A stretch of 54,099 bases of DNA. Source: a virus (taxonomy: Duplodnaviria; Caudoviricetes). Made by a program: the position numbers and the translations under genes. Positions 38,301-45,236 of the stretch are shown here, one piece after another. The notes beneath the pieces were generated by a model, which searched no databases, was not told the DNA's origin, and saw only the letters and a list, made by a program, of their open reading frames with translations. Location: positions 1-54,099 of the IMG/VR virus record IMGVR_UViG_3300037502_000458. One strand, written 5' to 3'. Each line of letters begins with the position of its first letter. Position 1 is the stretch's first letter.

Positions 38301-38966
38301 CAATAACTCTTCGTGTCTAGGAATTCGTTGAGCAGGCGTTTCTCCAGCAATCGTTTCCGACTTTAAGGGCTTTACCGATTGCTCAACTGTTCTTTCAATC
38401 CAGTTGCCGCCTTTTCCCTTAACAACCTGACTGGCGGTGTTCTGCGTCATCCCCTGAAGGATCTCAGCAGGCAACCCACCCTTTTCCATCGTGCTGTAGA
38501 CCTGCTTCTCGACAGCCTTCTCTAGACGGCCCCCGGCGGCCTGTAAAGCCCTCTGAGCCATGGCATTAACGTCTGCCGCCTTTGCACCTGCTTGAGCCAT
38601 TGCAGGACCCGCTAGGATGTTTGCAGGGGAGGTGAAGGCTGTAGGCTGCATCGGGAAGGCTTGCCCTATGGTTCCTAATGCTTCAGCGGCGGTGTCAAAG
38701 TATCGTTTGCCCGCTTCCGTTTCTGGGATACGAAATCTCTTGGCTTGGAACTCCGGTCCCATCTTGCCCATGAACTGGGCAGGAACACCGTGTACCAACG
38801 CACCAAAAAGAGAAAGACCTGCATCCGCAAGTCCTTTGGCTTTATCTAGCTTCGTCTCGTCAGGACGAAAGATGGATCGAACATCACCGCCAAGAATAGG
38901 TTCTTCAACCGGAGGGATGTCTGATAAGGGTTGGGTCATTGGCAGACCCCCGAGGATTCTTTCCAT
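35385..38966 (-). CDS. large multidomain protein with PcfJ-like domain
   Basis: EGKTMGHCVGSY...IFSLRD..GEPHVTIEV...IIQIKGKGN; modules separated by AEGG/AKGG motifs; AGGAGG SD. Confidence 0.7.
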   Translation of the reverse strand: MERILGGLPMTQPLSDIPPVEEPILGGDVRSIFRPDETKLDKAKGLADAGLSLFGALVHGVPAQFMGKMGPEFQAKRFRIPETEAGKRYFDTAAEALGTIGQAFPMQPTAFTSPANILAGPAMAQAGAKAADVNAMAQRALQAAGGRLEKAVEKQVYSTMEKGGLPAEILQGMTQNTASQVVKGKGGNWIERTVEQSVKPLKSETIAGETPAQRIPRHEELLKDPTLTPESRQTVERMLGQERQRAALDNWIDRNLVNYVKKEMGTPEDPVRKLAEEGVTHKTDLAEEALVPEKSTRVQRHMAGFPASGMGQSDLAKRWENLSDEAIASRTAGDIQRTIESLPFAQEAERRFKDKQSEIARRFDEKLRNSGIYSDKEMEVLNQKTPIGDKAIILQDNEYETLQNEWWKSHGMMDRINLDLAQKNPWVMKLDPNTPLYTTTYGDLGFDHVVDVLREDLQTGRIRPEQLNKVSIEQAVRRTYEYDQEKAKEAARAAIQQQEGLPVVKDYPEGYKWLELHNKTDAKKTEEALSYEGKTMGHCVGSYCPDVLEGNTQIFSLRDSKGEPHVTIEVRPSQWDWNTIRAKMPKEEYLQLGRDIETRLGLKPPYKSEDHEVYNQALQKELVGRFGEAPSQIIQIKGKGNQAPKEDYLPFVQDFVKSQEWIGIGDIRNAGMIDILTDRNIDGDFRNWLRSQNLSSKDRYITEQEFETVGPTPFNQLKRRWEKIQAEEGDELLDKLGVVKKAEGGLVSNADTIKARLIEQGMPEDKAFMQALKLANEVQMAKGGLAGLKNLPAAARAAKSKYAEEAAAAGRAAPRSKQEIESIAQRIAEQTQPGFVRPDPAFSVNPEGKSRAVYEMEQRTPMIVESTIEDKPLPTVDYEKQLGSVIVGVPGDPTMGQVKSPGSLYEPTRAGKRLMQVGDVTPETPVELYGGPSYGTAQPESYWASSKGAAQGIKNLVDEMAEKYQTDKILGQYMKMSPESSRYAMHNLDALISVLKPDKLPADKMEILNKMVREGDKANKYPQFVGFEDPIDLLLQAQMNPNLRKRISEVLEKPTTAKAVGFPFQGSIVQTAITEPGLRNLETGVTGYSVGQMRPQGELTLSRHPTYEYDIPGQLMGRSKYPIPYELAFPDFSQWFREHPELAKKVDPFNMLKSVGARQKVDPQYVDEIKMYEEAMKRLTGKKKGGLAAVNRK

Positions 38967-38999
38967 ACTTCCTCCTTACCCTGTGAATGATATACGGTA

Positions 39000-39191
39000 T
39001 TACTCTCTATTCCTAGTGAATACGTTAGTACACATTACACAAACACGCCTCCCATCTAACTCGGACAAGATCCGCTTTTTACCCGGCCACATTCCCCCGG
39101 TACTAAGCAGACGACAAAATGTATCTTCACCTGTCCAAATGTGAGCCGCAGTGCTTTTTTTCTTTGGATTGTAGTAGTAGTAAGTTGTCAT
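39000..39191 (-). CDS. small His/Cys protein, possible Zn-binding (63 aa, MTTYYYYNP...)
   Basis: AHIW..DTFC...VCVMC; ATG at 39191 preferred over the longer ORF call. Confidence 0.55.
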   Translation of the reverse strand: MTTYYYYNPKKKSTAAHIWTGEDTFCRLLSTGGMWPGKKRILSELDGRRVCVMCTNVFTRNRE

Positions 39192-39492
39192 TGGTACGCC
39201 AATCTTTGGGTTATAGCTCGCCTTGGGTGGATGGCCGTTTCTTTTCCAAAAAGAAGGGCTTATCTCACCTCTCCCAAACCCATCATCCTGTGAAAGGTTC
39301 CAGAGCACCCATGAGGCTGCGATTCGTTCGGGTCCGCTTCTAACTACCACCCTTTGAGCGGCTCGCCTTTCTCAGTTCCTCGCAGACAGACTGAACGGCT
39401 TGATTGTTCGTACCAAAAGCCGGTGTACCCTCACGTGTTCGCCCATTCAGGCGCAGACTTTTACGTGCGTGTCACGAGTTCCGGCGCACCAA
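39191..39492 (-). ncRNA. unassigned ~300-nt highly structured RNA
   Basis: 12-bp closing helix TTGGTGCGCCGG/TTGGCGTACCAA, at least six internal helices, possible GGGTGG/CCACCC pseudoknot. Confidence 0.6.
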
Positions 39493-39498
39493 AACAAA

Positions 39499-39643
39499 AA
39501 CCCTTAGGTCGGAAACGGGCTAAGGGCTTGGTTTGCCGCTGTACAGGTGGTCAGAACACCATTCTGTACGCTTTGACTAAGCCCGCCCCCTACCTAAGGG
39601 TTCGGATTCGCAGTTCTGTGCTCTATCGGATTACCAGCCCGAC
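39499..39643 (-). ncRNA. C4-like antisense RNA with upstream target hairpin
   Basis: Long stem AACCCTTAGGT..CGGGCT / TAGCCCG..ACCTAAGGGTT plus U-tract; GTTCTG and ACCAAGCCC complementary to upstream CAGAAC and GGGCTGGT. Confidence 0.65.
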
Positions 39644-39653
39644 AGTGATTAGA

Positions 39654-39681
39654 ATTCTATCCACCTGATTATCTCTGTCAA
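39654..39681 (-). promoter_or_regulatory. sigma70 promoter
   Basis: TTGACA-16 nt-TAGAAT just downstream of the terL stop. Confidence 0.7.
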
Positions 39682-39695
39682 TACGCAACATTAAG

Positions 39696-41123
39696 TTAGA
39701 TTGAGTATGGATTCTCTCGGGTTCTTCCAGAGTCAACATAATCCTCTTCATCCCAATCGTCTCGGGGGGGAGGATCGATCTCTAGCCAACCAGAGTCTCT
39801 GAGATACCTCAAGGCTTGCGTACAAGAATCGACATAATCGTCCCTCGTTGACTCAGGAAACGAACAGATCTGGCTGACAAACCCTTCCGCCCAGTCTTTG
39901 ACGTAGCCCCTTCTTCTGTCGCTCTCAGGAATCCATACCCGCCCTCTGGCAATAATGTTGGAGACGATGTTCAGCCTCTGCATCTTGTCAGCCTTACCGG
40001 GGTTATATGCCCTGACAGGAAGGTGTGCCCTCTGTAAGTCTTGAATCAACGAGATCCCCGCGCTCTTGTCTTCTACGAGGATCAGATCTACCCGCTTCTT
40101 ATCCTTCCCTTCACCGAAGATCGTCTCGTACTCCTCTATGACTTTAGGACGCAGATCGGGGTACTGAAGGTGCTCATTCCAGCAATCGATCACCATTACG
40201 CTCATCGGGCCATCTAAGGGCTTGAACACCCCAAAGGTGATGCTGGCAGTAGGGTCGTTGTGAGTCTTCTCTGTATTGGCACAGTCGTAGGATTGGACGA
40301 TGTACTCAAACCGTGGAAACTCTTTACCAGCAGGCCACAACTTGAACATCTCGCGTTTAACGATTCCCCCTTCTTCCGGGTCTATGATCTCTGCATGAAT
40401 CTCCTGACGGCCAATCGTCGTCCCTTCGTATTGAAGGATCTGACGCTTGAAGTTCTCAGATAGATTGTTGATGTTGGCATACGTTGAGGCTCGGGAGATG
40501 ACAACATCCTCCCCCTCGCGAGATACCAACTCGATAATCAGGTCCTTAGGTTTAGGTGTTGTAGTGCAGATGATCTTGGTACGCTTTCCAAGACGCACAG
40601 ACAGCATGATCTGATCCCAAGCCTCTTGGATGTAATCCCAAGCCGCCAACTCGTCACATAAGGCTCCATGCCACTGAGGGCCACGGAAACGCTCTGGCTC
40701 GCTGGCAGGAATGCCTTTAATAAGGCTTCCATTGACCAATCTAAGCTCGTGAAGGGCCTTGTTATAGTCGGCTATCAGAATCTGCGGGATGACGCTCAGA
40801 AGGCCGCTATCGCCCTCAAAGACCGTTCCTCGAATATCAGAACTGGTTGGAGCCGCTACGAGCCACCGGGTCTTAGGTTCAGTCCAAGCCCACCAACCTA
40901 ACTGCTCCGACCCCATTTTCGATTTCCCAGCTCCCCTGCCCCCAAGTGCCAGCCAAATAGACCACCAATCTCCCGGAGGAAGAATCTGATGCTTATGAGC
41001 TGTAGACAACCAATTAGCCCTCCATGCGAAGGCTGCTTGATCCTCTGGAGACAGTAGTTCGAACTTCCTTCGTGTCTCCGGGTCTTTCAATAGATCAAGG
41101 ATGTCATCCACGTTGAAACGCAC
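39696..41123 (-). CDS. terL: terminase large subunit
   Basis: Walker A GGRGAGKS, Walker B ALCDELAAW, TTTPKP, nuclease motifs SYD, VEDKSAG, DDYVDS. Confidence 0.95.
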   Translation of the reverse strand: MRFNVDDILDLLKDPETRRKFELLSPEDQAAFAWRANWLSTAHKHQILPPGDWWSIWLALGGRGAGKSKMGSEQLGWWAWTEPKTRWLVAAPTSSDIRGTVFEGDSGLLSVIPQILIADYNKALHELRLVNGSLIKGIPASEPERFRGPQWHGALCDELAAWDYIQEAWDQIMLSVRLGKRTKIICTTTPKPKDLIIELVSREGEDVVISRASTYANINNLSENFKRQILQYEGTTIGRQEIHAEIIDPEEGGIVKREMFKLWPAGKEFPRFEYIVQSYDCANTEKTHNDPTASITFGVFKPLDGPMSVMVIDCWNEHLQYPDLRPKVIEEYETIFGEGKDKKRVDLILVEDKSAGISLIQDLQRAHLPVRAYNPGKADKMQRLNIVSNIIARGRVWIPESDRRRGYVKDWAEGFVSQICSFPESTRDDYVDSCTQALRYLRDSGWLEIDPPPRDDWDEEDYVDSGRTRENPYSI

Positions 41124-41523
41124 TCATCGGGATCAAGATACAAGGCTCGATGTCTTGCGGGTCGTTCCTGTCGGATCTGCCACCTAAGACTAGTTTCTTC
41201 GACCGCCCTTTCGTCCACCAGATCCCGTCAGTCAGCTTCACGATAAGAATGAGGGGGATGTTCATGGAGTCAGCAAAAGTTCCCCCAATGACCCACTTGT
41301 GAGCGGAGATCATGTATCCGCCCATCTGATCTATTTGGGAGTAGCTGTAATTCCGACACTTGATCTCTGCAAGAGCAACGATGTCCGCACCTTTGGTGAG
41401 GCAGTAATCGACGTTGTGCTTGATGGGGAGCTTGTCGAAGTGACACTTCCACCTTTTGGACATCTCAAGAGCCACGGCAGATTCGTTCTGGAGATCTTGG
41501 GAGGACTCATACAAGGGCCTCAT
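41104..41523 (-). CDS. PD-(D/E)XK-family nuclease
   Basis: VDY...AEIKCR motif; C-terminal GGRSDRNDPQDIEP. Confidence 0.7.
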   Translation of the reverse strand: MRPLYESSQDLQNESAVALEMSKRWKCHFDKLPIKHNVDYCLTKGADIVALAEIKCRNYSYSQIDQMGGYMISAHKWVIGGTFADSMNIPLILIVKLTDGIWWTKGRSKKLVLGGRSDRNDPQDIEPCILIPMSAFQRG

Positions 41524-41828
41524 ATCTTCTTACAAGGCCACAGTGTCCGTAGGAGGTTCGTAATCAAGCTATCAGCCGAGTAATGTCTATTGGCAGGGTT
41601 CCTAGTCAGGTGACCCTTAACAAGGTCTCTGACCTGCCCTGTAGTGATATTAGCGGGGGGGCAGTGATTTACACCCTCTCCTGTGTCTGATACTCCCACT
41701 ACATACCCCAAGGCCATAGATCGATCTACGATGCTGTCTGCATCCATCTTCGCCAAAAGATCATTGCCGGTGAAGAACTCAGCGTGAGCGGTAGAACATA
41801 CTAACAACAACGCAATTGCCAGTCTCAT
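41520..41828 (-). CDS. Rap1a/Tai-family exported protein
   Basis: Signal peptide (AHA), TGNDLL, GYVVGVSD, CPP..T.GQ..D.V, WPC. Confidence 0.75.
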   Translation of the reverse strand: MRLAIALLLVCSTAHAEFFTGNDLLAKMDADSIVDRSMALGYVVGVSDTGEGVNHCPPANITTGQVRDLVKGHLTRNPANRHYSADSLITNLLRTLWPCKKI

Positions 41829-42466
41829 GCCGCCACCTTGTAATCGTGGAACACAGTTCCTTTACTGGGATCTCCCACCTTGCACGCCTTGACCCAGACC
41901 TTGCCCTTCGGCAGCGACCTCCAGTGCCCTCTGCGGTCATGCGCCCTCGGAGAAGCGTGAGTACCGCTACCTTCTCCCTTCTGTCGGGGTTTGACCTCCA
42001 CCGTCGTCCATGAATACTGAGGAGGCTTTCCCTGAGCGATCTTACGTCTGGAGGTGAAGGAGTCCTTCGCTTGCATCCTGAAAGCCGTCTGTGGGGCTTC
42101 TAAACGAGTCAGAAGGGTATCTAGTAGCGCCAGTGCTGCTCTGGCTGCTTGTTTCTGCTTGTCATCCGTATAGATGATCTTCAGATTGCCTTCGTGCTCG
42201 CAGTACGCAAACGGAGCTATCTGAAGCATCTTTGGGGTCAACCAGAACCCTGCTACCGCTACGTTGTCTGATCTAAAGGAGGCTCGGATACAGAACTTGT
42301 CTGGCCCCGCAATCCCTACGAGGATGATGTCATCGAAAGGGAGGTGGAGCAGCCGTTCGGGATCGTTCTCCCAGTCGATGTGAGAACCTACGCTCCCAAT
42401 ATCAAACCAGTGAGACTTTTCTGGATGATCAATAACCCTCGACAACTCTCTGACCAGCGGAGTCAT
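41825..42466 (-). CDS. hypothetical protein
   Basis: C-terminal SPRAHDRRGHWR...VWVKACKVG motif common in phages. Confidence 0.7.
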   Translation of the reverse strand: MTPLVRELSRVIDHPEKSHWFDIGSVGSHIDWENDPERLLHLPFDDIILVGIAGPDKFCIRASFRSDNVAVAGFWLTPKMLQIAPFAYCEHEGNLKIIYTDDKQKQAARAALALLDTLLTRLEAPQTAFRMQAKDSFTSRRKIAQGKPPQYSWTTVEVKPRQKGEGSGTHASPRAHDRRGHWRSLPKGKVWVKACKVGDPSKGTVFHDYKVAA

Positions 42467-42639
42467 CGCTCGTACTCCACCAATACCTCAGAATGCGTCT
42501 GGATCTTCTCCGCTAACGCCTTCGCAAGAATCTTCAGGAACCTTACTTCGTCTTCCAGTGCCTCAACTCGATTGCTAAGTTCCGTGAACTTTTTTGCATC
42601 GTGCATCTGCTGAAAGCCTTCTACGATTCCTGATCTCAT
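42463..42639 (-). CDS. small coiled-coil hypothetical protein (58 aa)
   Basis: Read manually; overlaps the terS stop and next start. Confidence 0.6.
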   Translation of the reverse strand: MRSGIVEGFQQMHDAKKFTELSNRVEALEDEVRFLKILAKALAEKIQTHSEVLVEYER

Positions 42640-43172
42640 CACTCCTCCAGTTGTCTACGGGTTTCCAAGTTCGTCAATACAGCATCAAATAGCTGTCGGG
42701 ACTCTATTTTGATAGGAGCACCGTCTTCAGCACCTGTCAAAGCTACACGGTCTCCGTACCTCTTGGGATTCCATTTGGCGAGCATCTTCAAGGTGATCTC
42801 AGCTCGGGCTTTAACTAACTGCACATAGCCCGGATCAATCTTGTTACCCCCTTCGGACATAATCCGCTCAGGCTCGTCGTACATCTCAAGGTATGCACGT
42901 TCGGCCATAGCGTCTTGACCGACCTCTCTAGCACGCGCGATTGCTCCCGAAAGACCTGTACCGGCCTCTCCGGCAGCATCATCCTTAGCCATCCATTCAT
43001 AGATTTTTTGCCATGCAGGCATATGGGGATCACGGCAGATCTGGCGTAAAGGTTCGCCATTACTAAGGCGTTCGCAGATCTCTGCTGCTAGCTCTGGAGT
43101 GTATTTAGAAGCTCTTCCAGTGCCTTTTGGTGCTAAGCCTACAGGTTTCGGGTTTTCTGCCTTTTTCGGCAT
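42639..43172 (-). CDS. terS: terminase small subunit (Sf6-like)
   Basis: GRASKYTPELAAEICERLSNGEPLRQIC..MP...EW, PKRYGD; GGAG SD supports ATG at 43172. Confidence 0.85.
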   Translation of the reverse strand: MPKKAENPKPVGLAPKGTGRASKYTPELAAEICERLSNGEPLRQICRDPHMPAWQKIYEWMAKDDAAGEAGTGLSGAIARAREVGQDAMAERAYLEMYDEPERIMSEGGNKIDPGYVQLVKARAEITLKMLAKWNPKRYGDRVALTGAEDGAPIKIESRQLFDAVLTNLETRRQLEE

Positions 43173-43184
43173 ATTCATCTCCGT

Positions 43185-43522
43185 TAATGGTTGTTGGTGG
43201 CATCCCAACAGCGTCGAGCCACTGAGTCGAACAGTAGCCCCACCACTAGCCCGTGAACGCCTTGTGCTTGGTTGCACAGCCACCAACACGGAAGGATCTT
43301 CCTTTTGTACACCTGATCGTGGCTGGCCATGTCACAGCCCTTTGGACTCGATCTGATGCTGGGCGTCCCCCAGAAGATCCATGCGTGTTGCTCCCCGTCT
43401 TTCCGGGGTGTCAGCCGGGTCACGCCTCGGAGGAGACACTACTCAGCGCCCCGGTTGCAGGTGTTCATCCACCTCCTGCTGGGAGCAGGTCTGGGGAGAA
43501 GCAAGCCACCAGAACCAGCAGG
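43185..43522 (-). ncRNA. structured leader / sRNA cluster upstream of terS
   Basis: Series of helices: CCTGCTGG/CCAGCAGG, CCGGG/CCCGG, CCCCG-GAAAGA-CGGGG, CAACACG..GGATCTTC/GAAGATCC..CGTGTTG, TGTTGGTGGC/GCCACCAACA; TACAAT -10 at 43526-43531. Confidence 0.6.
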
Positions 43523-43546
43523 ATCATTGTACCTACCGCTAGTAGC

Positions 43547-43726
43547 TTATCCACGACCTAACTCCACTTTGAACTGCTTTACGATCTGCGAATCCGTTTC
43601 TCCGGCTGCATGACGGATGTCACCCAACAACAACCTTGCTTCCCTGTATCGCTTTGCTAGAAGGGCCTCTTCGACCCTTTTTAGACGGTCTTTCATCTCT
43701 AAGAGACCTTCAACGTAATCAACCAC
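43547..43726 (-). CDS. hypothetical protein (59 aa, MVDYVEGLLEMKDRL...)
   Basis: Read manually; GTG start overlapping upstream stop, GAGGTG SD. Confidence 0.55.
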   Translation of the reverse strand: MVDYVEGLLEMKDRLKRVEEALLAKRYREARLLLGDIRHAAGETDSQIVKQFKVELGRG

Positions 43727-43961
43727 ACATCACCTCGATTTCGTTCTCGATACGGTCGATCTCTTTCTGCGTCAGCTTCTTTGAAAGCCAATCCGCTTTG
43801 TATCCCTTGCGATCCAAGACTTCCCAATCGCACTCAGTGTAACCCCAGTAGTCTAGGTCACTGTGTCCCCTGTAAGTTGCCGGGGCCTTCATGTAGTGAA
43901 CAACCCCGATCTGAGCTGGGATTCCTGCAATCGTTGTGTCGAATGTGACTTTGTACATCAT
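43719..43961 (-). CDS. hypothetical protein
   Basis: First ORF after a strong promoter; AAGGA SD. Confidence 0.7.
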   Translation of the reverse strand: MMYKVTFDTTIAGIPAQIGVVHYMKAPATYRGHSDLDYWGYTECDWEVLDRKGYKADWLSKKLTQKEIDRIENEIEVMCG

Positions 43962-44012
43962 CTATCCTTTCGCTATGCAGTCTATCGCTGTGTAGTCTAT
44001 CGCTGTTAATGG

Positions 44013-44045
44013 TGCAATCTTAGGTTACATCAAAAGGATTGTCAA
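44013..44045 (-). promoter_or_regulatory. sigma70 promoter with overlapping operator-like site
   Basis: TTGACA-17-TAAGAT; TGCAAT-CTTAG-GTTACA at 44013-44029. Confidence 0.75.
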
Positions 44046-44245
44046 GCACTTTTTTGTGCGGGTTGTGACGCAAGCCTGATCCCCTCTTTGACTGCTTCAT
44101 AATAGCCACGATGGATGCTTTTGTGCCCCGGACCTAGCAGAACGTACCTCTCATCCTCGTCAGGGCGTACCTCCCAGATGGCCTGTGCCTTGATCCGGGC
44201 ATACACCCCCTCCCGTTGATAAGTCTCCTCGACTCGCGGCTTCAT
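44042..44245 (-). CDS. hypothetical protein
   Basis: Coupled ORF. Confidence 0.6.
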   Translation of the reverse strand: MKPRVEETYQREGVYARIKAQAIWEVRPDEDERYVLLGPGHKSIHRGYYEAVKEGIRLASQPAQKSA

Positions 44246-44415
44246 AAATGATCCTTGATGGTTTTGATGAAGGCTTGCGCTTTAACTACGTCGTAGTAGC
44301 TAACCTTGACGTTAACGTCGCCTTCCCTGATGGCGGCGAACAACGCATCCAGAACTGCGCCTACCTCTTCCAACCCTTCCAGCTTCCATTGCTTGAGTGC
44401 GTCGATCTTTTCCAT
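44242..44415 (-). CDS. hypothetical protein (57 aa, MEKIDALKQWKLEG...)
   Basis: Read manually; ATGA overlap with next gene. Confidence 0.6.
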   Translation of the reverse strand: MEKIDALKQWKLEGLEEVGAVLDALFAAIREGDVNVKVSYYDVVKAQAFIKTIKDHL

Positions 44416-44420
44416 GATGG

Positions 44421-44729
44421 TTACTCGAAGTAGGTTGTGATGAAACGGGCAGAGTCAAAGATGCTCTGAAGGTGCGGGTCGATCTCCTCCACTGAGGTTT
44501 TCTCAAAGGCCAGAGACACCTCTTTCAGGATGTCTTGGAGTACAGAGAGCATTACAGGAGCCACGGCGATCAACTTGGCGTTTGCTGCGATCTCTTCTTC
44601 AGACCGCTTCAAGTGACCCTGCTGAAAGTTGTCCGGGTAACAACTGCAAATGTCTGCGGCCTTCTCATGCTCGACCATTCCGCCCACTGCAACCCACGGT
44701 CCAGTTGTGATCTTCATGTTCATCTCCAA
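44421..44729 (-). CDS. hypothetical protein
   Basis: TTGPW...ANAKLIAVAPVML, a common phage early-gene motif. Confidence 0.7.
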   Translation of the reverse strand: MEMNMKITTGPWVAVGGMVEHEKAADICSCYPDNFQQGHLKRSEEEIAANAKLIAVAPVMLSVLQDILKEVSLAFEKTSVEEIDPHLQSIFDSARFITTYFE

Positions 44730-44750
44730 GAGGGGGTTGCCCCCCGTTTG

Positions 44751-45032
44751 TTAGCGGCTGGTGACTTTGACAGAGAAGACCGCAGTGGTCTTAGTGTTGG
44801 CAGCAATCAGATCGGCAGGGATGTTCATGACCTTGGAGATCGCCTTCCAGTCAACCGTAGAACGATTGGACTCAACGTAGGTGGCTTTGAACAGCTCGCC
44901 CTCGAAGACCTTCTCACCAGAGAGGCTTGCCTGATCTTTCAGGGAGTCTTTGATCGCATCGGCCTGAGCCTGAAGCTCGGCAATCTGAGCAAGGAGGGAA
45001 CCGAGGGCATCGATGTTGGTCAGAGTCTTCAT
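44751..45032 (-). CDS. hypothetical protein
   Basis: IDALGSL coiled coil, STVDWKAI; first ORF after promoter, AAGGA SD. Confidence 0.7.
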   Translation of the reverse strand: MKTLTNIDALGSLLAQIAELQAQADAIKDSLKDQASLSGEKVFEGELFKATYVESNRSTVDWKAISKVMNIPADLIAANTKTTAVFSVKVTSR

Positions 45033-45074
45033 TTCGCTATCCTTCGCTGTTGGACACTCAACTGAGTGCATGGG

Positions 45075-45107
45075 TGTAACTCTACGTTAGACATCTACCC
45101 CGGTCAA
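45075..45107 (-). promoter_or_regulatory. sigma70 promoter with overlapping operator-like site
   Basis: TTGACC-17-TAGAGT; TGTAAC-TCTAC-GTTAGA at 45075-45091. Confidence 0.75.
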
Positions 45108-45236
45108 GCCAGATGTTCCAGAATTTACAACTTTTACACTTTTCAGGATTTTGGGGCTTTAGAGCGTTTGCGATTTAAAAACACAGAACCTTCCAACCAA
45201 TGCGTTTTAACGCCTTCTAGGTGCCTTTCCGTGGCC

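Noticed and set aside
39191-39492. Functional group II intron or retron
   Set aside because: No convincing domain V/VI, no interrupted gene, no reverse transcriptase in the window
39354-39668. 104-aa + strand ORF, and the N-terminal extension of 39000-39350
   Set aside because: Weak starts, against operon direction or lacking an SD; region better explained by RNA helices
43205-43262. Possible tRNA gene
   Set aside because: T-loop present but no anticodon arm, acceptor stem or CCA
43173-43289. N-terminal extension of terS
   Set aside because: SD supports ATG at 43172; the extension lies in the structured leader
45110-45236. AT-rich gap as pac site or genome terminus
   Set aside because: No repeat or symmetry that I can support; needs read-end data
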